Shown here one piece after another: positions 23,850-24,000 of a stretch of DNA of 24,000 nt (its first letter is position 1; each line of letters starts with the position of its first letter). The notes under the pieces were generated by a model. It searched no databases, was not told where the DNA came from, and saw only the letters and a list, made by a program, of their open reading frames with translations. Source of the DNA: Flexilinea sp. (GTDB lineage: Bacteria > Chloroflexota > Anaerolineae > Anaerolineales > Anaerolineaceae); assembly GCA_017432685.1 (NCBI GenBank), contig JAFRIR010000042.1, positions 15,249 to 39,248 of the forward strand. The letters are read 5' to 3'. A program made the translations under genes and the position numbers.

Positions 23850-24000
23850 ATGGCAGAAAATCCATCCTATTCTGAGCCAGTGACCGGAGAAGGAACTCTG
23901 ATCATTCATGCTAAGTCACTTGAAGACAAAAGCATCAGTCTCAGCTTAAATCCGAAAGAAGTGAATTATGACAGGAAAGAGCACGAAGTGACTTATTCTG
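23850..24000 (+). CDS. Start or fragment of a third related surface-protein ORF (runs off the right edge)
   Basis: The frame is open from 23673 to the window end and the first ATG is at 23850. The translation ...SLEDKSISLSLNPKEVNYDRKEHEVTYS resembles DLSDGTIRLILDPQQVIYDGQEHTVSYS of the 1513-aa protein. No SD and no signal peptide are visible, so it may be a remnant. Confidence 0.3.
   Translation, partial: MAENPSYSEPVTGEGTLIIHAKSLEDKSISLSLNPKEVNYDRKEHEVTYS

Noticed and set aside
1-24000. CRISPR arrays, tRNA or rRNA genes, and attL/attR sites.
   Set aside because: I saw no spaced direct repeats of CRISPR type and no cloverleaf-like or rRNA-like segments by eye. No integrase is present in the window, so prophage ends cannot be assigned here.

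Overview
This window holds a mosaic prophage tail and host-recognition region on the minus strand (1 to ~17.3 kb). It abuts a plus-strand cluster of very large, repeat-rich surface proteins (17.3-24 kb). GGAGG-type ribosome binding sites and the protein families present suggest a Clostridia-type Firmicute, but that is inference. Reading the minus strand right to left, the genes are: two small ORFs, a double-HTH XRE-type regulator, a tail-assembly-chaperone-like gene, a Phage_Gp15-like gene and a DUF4406-like gene. Next come a 124-aa gene with its own promoter and terminators, and a ~98-aa gene split by a TnpB-only IS200/IS605 (IS1341-type) element. These are followed by a 555-aa tail fibre, 278-aa and 110-aa accessory genes, a ~1380-aa repeat-rich tail fibre, and a tape measure gene (1..4236). 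The supplied ORF track misses the tape measure gene because it runs off the left edge. The most unusual observations are these. (1) Two surface proteins, plus a fragment of a third, have an LPXTG motif followed after exactly 24 residues by an in-frame sortase catalytic domain instead of a membrane anchor. (2) Two copies of a conserved cassette (extended -10, conserved box, terminator hairpin) sit in front of the chaperone gene and the tape measure gene, and their stems covary. (3) The fibre and accessory block lies between the chaperone genes and the tape measure gene, which is not the usual order. (4) The IS insertion can be reconstructed, and a solo copy of its end hairpin lies 8 kb away. 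(5) An in-frame amber codon sits inside the signal peptide of the 1513-aa surface protein. I saw no CRISPR array, tRNA, rRNA, reverse transcriptase or recombinase.
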